Shown here: in pieces, positions 14,165 to 25,859 of the stretch
Layout: each line of letters begins with the position of its first letter
How positions within the stretch are numbered: position 1 is the first letter of the stretch
Source: Eledone cirrhosa
Lineage: Eukaryota
Assembly: GCA_964016885.1 (NCBI GenBank)
Contig: OZ024742.1
Span: forward strand, 274,784,001 to 274,848,000
Reading direction: 5' to 3'
DNA: 64,000 bases
Translations under genes and position numbers: made by a program
The notes under the pieces: generated by a model
Seen by the model: only the letters and a program-made list of their open reading frames with translations
Database searches by the model: none
What the model was told of the DNA's origin: nothing

Positions 14165-14800
14165 ATAGGAATTTTCGTTTCAGGCGTTTCTTCGTGAGAT
14201 TGAGGTGGTTGTGATAACATCGATTTATAGCAACGGTTGTTTTCTGGAGCAGTGACTCTAGGGTTATAATTAATTTTGGAAGACTTTTTGTATGTCTTGG
14301 TGGAGTTGGAAGTGTAGGTGTTGTTTGATTTTCTTGATTCAGAATGTGCGTACATAGACTAGTGGCTGCCTGAGGTTTGGTAAGTGGAAGCATGTTGGTA
14401 TGTGCATGTTCTTGATTGTGTTGGGTATTATATTGTTTTTGCGGCAAAGTTTTAGAAAGTTGATTTGGCAACCGATATTGGCACGTTTCTCTGATAGTTT
14501 GAATAGAAGTTGTAAACTGGGCATGGCTCAAGCATACCGATGATATATATGTATATACAGTGTTTAGAGCGTCGGATTCCCAATCCTGAGTGTGTGATTT
14601 CAATTTCCGGACCGAGCGATGCGTTGTATTTAGGAGAAAGCCATTTATTTCACATTTAGGCTGAAGAAAGCTATTGCGCCCTACTTTATACATGGATGCC
14701 GACTTCTTATCCAGATTCAGGAGGATATTGGATCTATTTTCTTCTTATATCTGCTGTATATTTTGTCTACGTCAGAAATAAGAACGTCGTATTTGCAGAC
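14165..14800 (-). mobile_element. Probable PLE N-terminal fragment truncating the Tx1 LINE
   Basis: ORF 14339-14524 contains INFLKLCRKNNIIP, resembling the PLE N-terminal FL..C...IIP motif; LINE homology stops abruptly at about 14160. Confidence 0.5.
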
Positions 14801-14889
14801 ACTAAAAGGATTTCAACATAAAATAATCCTAATATGCTGTGTCTATATGCAGTAATTCATTTAATCACTTCAATTATAATTAAAGGAAG

Positions 14890-15166
14890 GTCAGTCAAAT
14901 GATCCAGAAGCTTCGTTAGGTTGGTGCTTATCCTTGTTTCATGGCCTGAAGCGACTGAGAGTACAAGACTCCCCCATGGAAATAATGCCAATACATCGCA
15001 GGGTTAAACCTCCAGCTATTGCTGGTACTCATTTTCAGCTGACTATACTGAGAGCAACGCGAAAGATATGTTTTGCTCAAGAACACAATACGCAACCCAA
15101 ACCAGGAATTGAGCCCACGACACTATGATTGTAAGTCCAACACACTTACCACAATCCCACATGCCT
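14890..15166 (-). mobile_element. Older CORE/MIR-like SINE
   Basis: GGTACTCATTTTCAGCTGA...GTTTTGCTCAAGAACACAA...GGAATTGAGCCC (CORE-like block, B-box-like on minus strand). Confidence 0.6.
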
Positions 15167-15643
15167 CTACTCAATTATAATTGCTGTCGGGAAACCGTAA
15201 GGCAGAGACATCTAAAATTGCTTTCAGCATACCAGAGAACTGGAATGTGTTTCACAGATAATGGAAACATGATTACTAAATTCAGTACCAGGCAGATTTT
15301 AAATTAGATTGAATAAAGTGTAGAGATTAAATAATAGAAAAGCTACTATCTACTCTACCATTCAACCGATGTAGAGTAATTTAATAACGGCACGAAAAAA
15401 ATCAATTTGTCATTTTACACGAAATTATAGAAAAAATATATAAAATGAAATTTATATACTTAAAACGTTATTTCAGTGCAATATAATTGAAAATAATATA
15501 AGATATATACAAAAGGCAATATAGGAAAATGTAACATCACCATCTACTGTAAAAAGATATAAATCATCATAAAAAGGAAACTAGGACCATACATCTCATT
15601 CTCTCTAACCCCTGTATGCACATACTTACACACACACAACATA

Positions 15644-15710
<67 letters not shown>

Positions 15711-16286
15711 TGCGGGGTGTAATGGGGGAAATGCGGTTGTCTTATTTTCTCATTTTAAAGAAAATCATTCGGTGTCATACTGATGTCGGTGCGTAGTCCA
15801 CCACCCAATCAAATTGTGTGCTCTAAAACGAGATGGACACAAATCTGACAGTGAGTCAATTTACGTTTTAACGATATAAAATAAAAAAATATACATTTTA
15901 GACTAAACAACCGACAATTTTCGTCAATTAAGAATCTGATGTAGCATCAAAAGTTATATTAGCTGACAGGAAGAGATTTGTTTGGGAGGAGGATATATTT
16001 AGTACATTAGTGTGTCAATTCAAAACAACATAACACAAACACATATACGAACGTCTGTTTATCTATGTATATGTGTGTGTGTGTGCATGTGTGTGTATGT
16101 GTGTGTTTGTATGTGCATGTGTGTGTATGTGTGTGTATGCATGTGCATGTGTGTATGTATGTGTGTGTATATATATATGTATATGTATATGTGTGTGCGT
16201 GTGTGTGGGGGGGTATGTGTGTGGGGGGCGTATGTGTGTGTGTGTGGGGGGGTATGTGTGTGTAAAAGCAAGATTTGTTTTCGCTG

Positions 16287-16701
16287 TTAACTTGGAGGAT
16301 ACATAAATGTATTCGTGAGTGAATAATAATAATATTATAATATTATCACAATACTATTATTAGTCGGTTTGTTTGCAAGCAAACAGGTTCATTAAGACCA
16401 TGTGTTAGATAAGCAATGCCACCCTTTTCTTCCAGCGGTAGCTGAGAGAAAACTATAGACAATTGTTTCGGAGCTTTTGCGCCTTATCGATATTTTGTAT
16501 TCTCGACACTGCTACCCATTGGAACTGCTGATAATTCGTAGTATTCTGAAATGTACACATCGGCTGATTAGCCTCATTTGCATTCCGAGCGATTTTAAGA
16601 CCGGCTTTTCCGAAAATTAACGTGGTGGATGCCTAAATGTATTCGAGGGTGAATAATGATATTATAATATCATAATACTATCAATATTCGGTTTATTTGC
16701 A
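16287..16701 (-). mobile_element. Retrozyme-like element, unit about 330 nt with terminal direct repeat
   Basis: Direct repeats 16287-16377 and 16617-16701 flank one HHR; patches of homology to 33088-33820. Confidence 0.65.
16455..16493 (-). ncRNA. Type I hammerhead ribozyme, variant core UCGAUAA
   Basis: Minus strand: aua-UCGAUAA-ggcgc(aaaa)gcucc-GAAA-c(aauu)g-UC-uau; extended pairing gagaa/uucuc and gguagc/gcuacc. Confidence 0.7.
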
Positions 16702-17559
16702 CTCTCTCTGTAACTGGACAGAAAATGCTGGAAACATGAAATAGTTAATTGTTTACAATGACAGAAATTTACAAAGTTTCAAACCAATTGAATCCAGAGC
16801 ATTCTCACCCCTGTTGGAGGAACCTATCCCTGGTTTACCTCCACTGCTTTCTGTTTGGTTTTGGACATGTCAGGAGTGTAGCCGTGCTCACAAATCTTGG
16901 TCAATAGCGGATTGGATAGTGCTTTATTGTGAGGAGTTCATGTGTCTTTCCACAGCTTCTTGTTTTGTGCTGCTGTGGTTCCACTTACGCCCCTCATCAG
17001 TACTATGTCACGTGGAGGTGCCAGTATTAGTAACCGACTCTTCGACCATCCAGCAGGTTGTATTGGGTTACCTGGCTCCTGTTGCTAGCAGACGTCAGAC
17101 CTATCATATAATGTTTCAGACCAACGAAAATGGCGTAGTCAAGTCCGATGAATTTGATGATTTATGCTATCGAATGTCTGTGTGCACTTAGCCTATATTG
17201 GAATATGATAGGGAGTGTATTGCTTACTTAATATGACCCCATTACTACCCGTTAAAAAATACCATGGTTCTGTTAATTCGACGGAAATATATCCTTTGTA
17301 AATACGTAGCATTAACTTACAAAGAGCCTATTAATTTTATATAAGAAAACAAGCATATATAGTATTAAGGATACTATTTATGGTTATGTATATACTAAAA
17401 CCTTTTATAGTTATATATATTTTAAACCCTAAATAGTGAAAGACAGTGATTCATTACTATCTTATTACCAGTAAGATAAATAGCTCAATGTAACAACATC
17501 AGTTGTTTTACAGAGCAGTTATATAGAAATTACATGAATCAAAGTTCAGTTTAAATCAT

Positions 17560-17613
17560 TAATTGCTTACAATTGTTTCCTCCAAACCGAGGTTTGATTC
17601 TTCGGAGCAATTA
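17560..17613 (-). ncRNA. Type I minimal hammerhead ribozyme (U4C core CCGAAGA)
   Basis: uaauugcu-CCGAAGA-a-ucaaac(cucg)guuugg-ag-GAAA-c(aauu)g-UA-agcaauua. Confidence 0.75.
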
Positions 17614-18748
17614 TTTAGGGATTTTTCACATACTTGACCTCCTTTTCAACACAAGAGACATATAGAAACATATGTATATAATAACCCACAGTGGGTTGAC
17701 ATCCATCATAATAATATAGCATGGCAATTTACATACAAAGATTACAGTCATATTAAAGGACAAAATTAAAGTTAAAATTAAAATTAAAATAAAAATAAAA
17801 CATTGGCAGTTTATGAAGATATAGCAAGAGGAAAGTTTGGAGTAGCCAGTGTATGCAACAGTCCCACGTGTGGCATGCACGCGTGTCCTATTTATACAAG
17901 ATTATAGTGCGGTAGATTGTTACATGTAAAACAAGCAGTCAAAGCAGGCAATCAATAGCATCATGGGGCTGTACTATTAAATCATTTTTTCACACACACC
18001 TGTACAATATAGAAGCCCGTGTGTAGAGAAACACCAACAATATCAAAAATATCAAAAATATTACAAATGAGAAGTAAAACAGCACCACTGTCCCCGCACA
18101 CACCACCACTCACACAATCCAGGAAACGCAATTTATAGACTACATGTCCATCACACAATCCACGATGATTCAACATTGGGTGCCTGGTGAACCATGTTAG
18201 AAATCTTAGCTTGTCGTTCTCTATTCGATTCTATAGAGCAGGTTGTTTTTCTTGTGAGAGTTGACATCGTATTATATTCCGGAAGAATATATTTGTAATA
18301 TTTTTGATACTTTTGATATTTTTGGTGTTTCTCTACACACGGTCTTCTATATCGTACAGGTGTGTGTGAAAAATGCTTTAACAGTACAGCCCCCATGATG
18401 CTATTGATTGCCTGCTTTGACTGCTTGTTTTACATGTAACAATCTACCGCACTATAATATTGTATAAATAGGACACGCGTGCATGCCACACGTGGGACTG
18501 TTGCATACACTGGCTACTCCAAATTTTCCTCTTGCTTTATCTTCATAAACTGCCAATGTTTTATTTTAATTTTAATTTTAATTTTAACTTTAATTTTGTC
18601 CTTTAATATGACTGTAATCTTTGTATGTAAATTGCCATGCTATATTATTATGATGGATGTCAACCCACTGTGGGTTAATATATACATATGTTTCTATATG
18701 TCTCTTGTTTTGAAAAGGAGGTCAAGTATGTAAAAAATCCCTAAATAA

Positions 18749-18796
18749 TTGCTCCGAAGAATCAAACCTCGGTTTGGAGGAAACAATTGTAAGCAA
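18749..18796 (+). ncRNA. Type I minimal hammerhead ribozyme (U4C core CCGAAGA)
   Basis: uugcu-CCGAAGA-a-ucaaac(cucg)guuugg-ag-GAAA-c(aauu)g-UA-agcaa. Confidence 0.75.
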
Positions 18797-18832
18797 ATAA
18801 ATGATTTAAACTGAACTTTAATTCATGTAATT

Positions 18833-18872
<40 letters not shown>

Positions 18873-18893
18873 GGAGCACATTTCATATCGTTT

Positions 18894-18939
<46 letters not shown>

Positions 18940-18961
18940 AAATGTAATAATGTAAAATAAT

Positions 18962-19152
18962 AATTGTTTCTACTTTCAGCACAAGGCCAGCAATTACCCA
19001 GTGCATTGCTGGTACTTTATTTTATCGACCTCGTAAGGAATCAAAGGCAAAGTTAACCTCGGCGGGATTTGAACTCAGAATGGCAAGGGGCGTAACTTTA
19101 TGCGTCAAAGCATGGCGTCAGACCCTTTACCGATACTTCCATTCTACCGCCT
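18962..19152 (-). mobile_element. tRNA-derived SINE, full length with TSD
   Basis: Family sequence; flanked by TAATGT(A/T)AATAATAAT duplication. Confidence 0.9.
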
Positions 19153-19228
19153 TGTAATGTTAATAATAATGTATCTTAATGAATGTTCTATGGACTAGGA
19201 ATGTAAATACTTGTTTAAACATCGTGTA

Positions 19229-19275
19229 TGCTCCGATGATTTCATAAAGTAGTCTGGAAGAAACGATCTTCAGCA
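19229..19275 (+). ncRNA. Decayed hammerhead-like motif
   Basis: ugcu-CCGAUGA-uuuca...uggaa-GAAA-c(gauc)u-UC-agca; closing pair of stem III is broken. Confidence 0.45.
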
Positions 19276-19451
19276 AATAAATGCATTAAGCAAACATTTG
19301 GTATCTTTATATTTTGTGTTTCTGCTGTGTAATACATCTGATAATTTACATTGAGCTATTTTCGTTACTGGTAATCGTGTAGTACAACATACTACTCTTT
19401 CGTATTTATAATTGTATGTAGTTTATATATATAAGTATAAATACTATTATT

Positions 19452-19509
<58 letters not shown>

Positions 19510-20119
19510 TATGCATGTGTGTGCGTGTGTGTGTGTGTTTGAGCGTTACAACGTGTTCGTTTACAAGTCAAATAACTTCACAAACTGTACTGCTGGAACC
19601 TACATTCGTCCATTCAGTGGAATACACAAAATAAAATATCTCATTTCATATCGTTTTTGACAGTTGAATTGCTTTGATGGAGATAAACTACCATCTGTGT
19701 GCTCCTATTTTCTTGCAAAATCCTCCACACGTACATAAATTTGAAAGCAGCATGAGACTTGGTATAACTTACTTTGGCGGAAAACTAATTTAAGGAATGA
19801 TTTAGTTCGGGGAATACTTTCATATATATAGAACACTGTAATTGGTTGTCTCTTTTAAATGTTTTCGTATTTGTTCTTTTGCAAGTTCATGATTATGCGT
19901 AGGTTAGTAATAGTGAATTAATATCTACTGTAAATAAGTGTAGTGATGTATATATGTGTGGATTGCATGGTGAGTCGTTCTGGCGCGTCGGATACTAGGA
20001 TTTGAGCTAATTCATCTCGGCACTCAGTGATATACGTTCAAATTCCAACGAATACTACTTTGCCTTTCAATTGTGGATAAAAACTTTATTACATGGACAG
20101 AAAGTCACGAGGATTATTA

Positions 20120-20273
20120 TATGCTTTGCAACATAGAGGTATGGCCCTTTACGTTATGAGTTCAAATCCCGCCGCGGTTAAATTTGCCTTTCATCATTAC
20201 GGGTTCGATAAAATAAAGCACCAGTAATGCACTTGGGTAATTGCTGGCCTTATGCCAAAATGAGAAACAATTA
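20120..20273 (+). mobile_element. tRNA-derived SINE
   Basis: GAGTTCAAATCCCGCCGCGG...GATAAAATAAAGCACCAGTAATGC...GAAACAATTA. Confidence 0.88.
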
Positions 20274-20683
20274 TATGCATTTTTTCTAGAATACTGTTGT
20301 TTATAACGCAAACACTTGTGAATGCTAAATATCAATATTGAGATGCATGGTAGTGTAAGAAGCCTATATAACAAATTCCTACTATTTTTGGATGATCATG
20401 TCGAGAATCGTGAGGAAAATTGTACTGAATTAGCTCTGAGATCAGGTAAACAAGACCACAATCAACACGTCCCTGAAGAACACTTGAAAGATTAAAAGTT
20501 AAGTGAACCACAGCTGCATACGAACAAACAATAAATTCTCGTAAATATCAAGAAATAGTTCAAGAAATCATTGGAATTGAAATGTTTGCAAATTTTGTCC
20601 ACTTTCGGGAAAAGACATACATATTTTTTAATCTTTGTGATTGATGAGAGAATGCGGGTAATCAATTGTCAGAGAATTTTATC

Positions 20684-20713
20684 TAACCCTAACCCTAACC
20701 CTAACCCTAACCC
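20684..20713 (-). repeat. Interstitial telomere-type repeat (TTAGGG)5
   Basis: Five exact TAACCC units. Confidence 0.9.
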
Positions 20714-22062
20714 GCCAGATCCAAAATGATTTATGCTGATGCATATCAAAATGTTCCATATCCGGCATACGGAGATTCTGGTGAGAGCAAGAAGATATTA
20801 CCTAGAAAATTTGGCTGGATTTGGAAAATTTAGTGTGTAGCTTTCAAGATAGAGAAATTTTATTCCACAACATAGGACAAACACATCATGTATTTTTTTA
20901 TAATAAACCGGGTGAAGCTTCATACATAGTTCCAACTAAGACCATTTAATACATAACGTAATATCATTTTTCTTTTTAAGATGGTAGTGTATGAATTAAG
21001 TGGGATTTGACCGTTGTACGCATTGTACGACGACCTACATTTGAGTGACGGTATATTTAGAAAGTATGTTAGACAAAGATTAGAAGCGCTTCTGTGCAAA
21101 GCGACTTAGCTTCAAACACATTTTTCTTTTCATCTTTTGAACATTTACGCTCTTATTTCACAATTCATACTAACATACAATATATATTACTATATACAAA
21201 CATTTCACAGATTCCACCCTTCTTGTTCCTTATTCATTGCAATTTTGAAAAATGATTTATGGCACGCACACATAATAATAGTTTCAATTTCTTCCGCATA
21301 TATTTCAATAGTCTCGATGTTGATTGAGAATAATTGAAGAAGTACGTCGCCAAAGCCTGTGTAATACAAAGATTAGAAATTATATTATACTACACTATTT
21401 GAGAATTTAGTATTTACCAAAGACTGAGCTCACTATCTTTTCAGCTAAATGATTTTATTGATTTTATTGCTTAATAGTGCTTTAACATAATTGATTTTCT
21501 TTTCTTTTTTCTCATCCTTTCTTCGTCTGTTTCTTTCTCTCTGCTTGGGGAGGTTAGTTTAGAGATAAGCAAAGTAATGCTTGCATTTCCATTCTTGTTA
21601 TCTGATTTCGCCGTTCTTTTGATTATAATGTAAATGGTAAATACAATCAGTGTTAAAAACCACCACTTGAACAATTGATAAGGTAGAGGTGCAATATTTT
21701 ATTCCGATGTTTATTACATTTTCACTTCTTGTATTATGCTAAAAGCGACTATTCTGTAATAAAGTAAATATTACTGGCGGATGTGTGATTATGTGTGAAT
21801 CTATCTAGTGAGGATTGGCACATAGTAGACTCAATATTGAGGACAGAATAAGAATAACAGTCTTGTATTATATACATATATCTAGTTTTGTATATATAAT
21901 TGTTTCAATAAAATGCTTTTCTCTCTCCGTCTCCCTTAGTCTTTCTCCATCACTTTATACAGACACAAATATGTACCATATATATGTACCATATATATAA
22001 ATAATACATATTTGTGTGTTTTTAAAGTGACAGAGAAAATGAATGTATGCGTGTGTGTGTGT

Positions 22063-22169
<107 letters not shown>

Positions 22170-22680
22170 ATTCTCTCCTCTTGCCTTTTCTACGCCTGAA
22201 TATCCTTCATCTTTGTCTGCACATTGGAGTACAGTCATTATTATTATCATTTACTTTACTGTTTCTCTCCTTTCTATATTTTGTTTCTCCTTTCGCTAAG
22301 ACCTTGCGCACCGTTCTCTGCCTTCTTTGTCGGTTGACACATATGATGGTTTTTCTTCTATGTTTGTATAATTTGCCTGGGGGCATGTCTTGTTGTCTCA
22401 CAATACGCATTGGTTTGTGCGTTTTCTGAGCCTTTATGCACCGAAAGGTTAGTGGTTTCCAGAAGGTGGTTGCGGAAATGGAAATGTACATCTTTCCATT
22501 GTTGTTTTTCCATTGATATAGTCTTGTGAGTCCACTGTATTAGATTTATATTCTAAAGATTTAGTCGTGTGGGCTCGTTTTGAAACTACCATATATTAGA
22601 CATCACACCGCCCGATCATTTTCTACTATTCCTCTATTTTCGTTGCCTATTTCCATTGTTTCGTGAGCCCCATGTTTTGT

Positions 22681-22773
<93 letters not shown>

Positions 22774-22859
22774 TATATATGTATATGTATATAGACTTAT
22801 AATATAGTAAACTTCCAGTATATGATATATATTGTAGAATATTCAGCTCCTCAGTTTCT

Positions 22860-23125
22860 GCTTCAGCTGGCACCGAATTGTATGAGAAGCCCTTGGTTCA
22901 ATCAAGTGGTCAAGCTTGCCATCCAACCAAAATAGAGGCATATAAATCTTGGCTTCGACATAGGTCCTGCTTCTTGAACTTGGGTACAAGCAGACACGAA
23001 GAATTGCAGGAGACAATAAAAATGTCCAAAGTTAAGACTTGGGAAGTCTTTGGGTTTAAGCTAGAATCTGGATATAAGCAAATAAAGTTTTCTGGCAGAC
23101 CAAACGCCGACTTCATAAGAAGTCC
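22860..23125 (+). mobile_element. RTE-clade LINE fragment (endonuclease-RT linker)
   Basis: Manual translation across frameshifts: PWFNQVVK..., EAYKSWL, SKVKTWEVFG.KLESGY, NKVFWQTKRRL. Confidence 0.7.
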
Positions 23126-23732
23126 TCTTCAACACCTGCTACTCGGAATGCATCTAGGTTTCTCCTGTCTTCATAGACGTCCATATTCTGTTGTTAATTA
23201 GGTGCATCTGACAGCGGTGAATAATCTGTCTACCACTGAGTACACAAGAGCTAAATATGGCAAGGATCGATGGTCAGCCATTTGCTGCCCAGATAAGTCT
23301 ACACGAACGTGTTCGGATGGATGGGTCTAAAGCGAACCCGTTGAATATATTCACCGTGTAACAAAAACACTTATTTTCTCTGTTCCTGGCTTGTAATCAC
23401 TTTTTTGTGTTGCTTAGGTGCCAAATAAATAAAAAGAAAGTGCTATTAAACAGTTAAAAGTTTGGGTTTGTAAAAATTCTAAGCTATTCACTAGAATTAT
23501 TTGTATGCTGGATTTTACGTTGTATGTAAATTTAATTTGCCTATGTTAAATGATTGTTTATATATGTTTCAGGTTAAATTTAAATTATAAAATAAAGAGT
23601 AATACCTAAAGAAAATTATAAAAGTGCAATAAATTATTAAATTTTTAAAAAGTGGATTAAAGAAATGTATTGATACTGGATTTTCGCACCCTGAATTAAG
23701 GGTAAGTTGTGTTTTAAGCATTTGTCTCCAGG

Positions 23733-24811
23733 GTGAAGCAGGGGAACTTGGTCAAGGAGGAAGTGCAGGTGACAAGTCAAAGAAGTCGACACGAATCTTT
23801 CTCAGACTTTAACACTCTTATGGATGGCCTCTGCTTCTTCCATAACATGCCTGGACTGTTTGACGTTATTGGGGTGCCGTTTGTGCCCATGGAGTGGAGG
23901 CTATTTATAGACAGCTCCATCACAAGTTTGAAGGCTGTCCTCCTCCACAATGGAAACAAGTTACCGACACTGCCCCTAGCTCATTCAGTCTGCTGAACGA
24001 AGATTACTACAGTGTGAAAGTCCTCTTGGAAACTCTGCAATACAACCAGTACCATTGGGAAATCATTGGAGACTTCAAGATGGTGGCTTTCCTGATTTGA
24101 CTCCAAGGAGGCTTTATCAAATTCCAATGCTTCCTCTGCCTTTGGGACAGCAGAGCCACCTCTAACCACTACAAAAGAAAGAACTGGGAGCAGCGAACAG
24201 AATTTGCAGTTGGGACCCAGAACGTCTTGTGGGAGCCACTGGTTGATACCAGGATTGTGCTCATGCCGCCACTGCACATTAAGTTGGGGTGGATGAAGCA
24301 GTTTGTGAAGGCTCTCAACCAAGAATCAGCCGCTTTTAAGTACCTTCTTGAGTTCTTCCCCAAGTTATCTGAGGCCAAAATCAAAGGTGGAATTTTTGTT
24401 GGACCTCAGATAAAGAAGGTGTTTGAGTCTACCGCGTTCTCCAATAAGCTCAATAGGATTGAGAGAACAGCATGGAACTGTTTCAGGGCAGTTATTAAGG
24501 GCTTCCTGGGCAACTACAGAGATGAAAACTACCAGCAACTGGTGCAGGATCTGATAAAGGCTTTTGGCGCCATGGGATGCATGATGTCGCTTAAACTCCA
24601 TATGCTGGACGCTCACCTGGAAAAATTCAAGGACAATATGGGCGCCTATTCAGAAGAACAAGGCGAACGATTCCACCAAGGTGTGAAAGAGATAGAGCGG
24701 AGGTACCAGGTCCACTACAATGAAAAAATGATGGGGGACTATATCTGGGGTCTAGTGCGGGAATGCGACCTGGACTACGAACGCAAATCCAGGAAATCCA
24801 GTGATTTCTGA
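23733..24811 (+). pseudogene. Chapaev3-type transposase C-terminal half (stops and frameshifts)
   Basis: EWRLFIDSS..SLKAVLLHNGN, IGDFKMV, CFLCLWDSRA, PPLHIKLG.MKQFVKAL, SLKLHML, YSEEQGERFHQ, MGDYIW. Confidence 0.85.
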
Positions 24812-25014
24812 CGTGTATAAGTTGCTTTATAAGTGTTATTTGATTTTACTCGTTTGCTTTTGGTAAGCTTGTGTAATAAAATAAATATATACTCTGTTGA
24901 TTTAATTATATGAACTGATAAATTAAAAAAAAATGTGATTTTTCTTGAAAAATATGAACATTTCGAAATATCAAACTCCTGACCACAAACCCAAATTTCT
25001 GATTAAATAATAGT

Positions 25015-25107
25015 TGTTTCTACTATTGGCACAAGGCCAGCAATTAACCAGTACATTACTGGTACTTTATTTTATCGACCCCGTAAGGATGAAAGGTAAA
25101 GTTAACC
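25015..25107 (-). mobile_element. 5'-truncated SINE inserted in the Chapaev3 element
   Basis: TSD TAAATAATAGT at 25004-25014 and 25108-25118. Confidence 0.9.
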
Positions 25108-25429
25108 TAAATAATAGTGTTTTTTCTTTATAATAATGGGATATAACAAACTATGAAATGACACTTAGAACCAGGAAACAAAAAATAAATATGTTACACG
25201 GTAATATGGGAGTCTGGTACCATAATATACCGTTAGGCCAGCAGTAAATATATTTAACCCTGTTAAAACCGTTAAATTACTAGGGCTAAATATGAATATT
25301 GCTTTGTTAAATCTATATATTCAAATTCAAATTTGGAAAACTTTTGATTCAAATGAGACCCTTTATTTAAGTATAAATTAATTATTGGAAACAACTCTGA
25401 ACACAGTTGATTTTTCCTATAGAGTAAGA

Positions 25430-25592
25430 ATCAACCCCAGTACTGGACCGGACCATTTTTTTTTTATCGACCACGAAAGCATGTAAGACAGAGTTGACCA
25501 CAGCGGGATTTGATCACAGTGCACGCAATGAAGTGAGACAAAGACCGTAACGCATTCTAACCGATTTCTTAACGACTCTGCCAATTCACCTT
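25430..25592 (-). mobile_element. Older related tRNA-SINE copy
   Basis: CCCCAGTACTGGACCGGACC...TATCGACC...AGTTGACCACAGCGGGATTTGA. Confidence 0.65.
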
Positions 25593-25606
25593 AAACATAT
25601 ATCCAC

Positions 25607-25637
<31 letters not shown>

Positions 25638-25700
25638 ACTATGTATCTATCTATCTATGTATCTATCTGTAGAAGCCATTCCTATATTAAATATATACTG

Positions 25701-25848
<148 letters not shown>

Positions 25849-25859
25849 CAGCCCACACA

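Larger units (their letters stand above)
17525..18834. repeat. Long inverted repeat, arms about 544 bp (17525-18068 / 18291-18834), each arm carrying an HHR; PLE pseudo-LTR-like
   Basis: Mirror ORFs 17626-17880(-) and 18479-18733(+); few mismatches between arms. Confidence 0.92.
23352..25203 (+). mobile_element. Chapaev3 (CMC)-type DNA transposon, internally deleted, with TIRs
   Basis: Left end CACCGTGTAACA (23352); right end TGTTACACGGTA (25192-25203); imperfect subterminal inverted match TTCCTGG/CCAGGAA. Confidence 0.8.

Noticed and set aside
16790-17240. Possible host exon (ORF 16814-17191)
   Set aside because: No recognisable domain and no supported splice structure.
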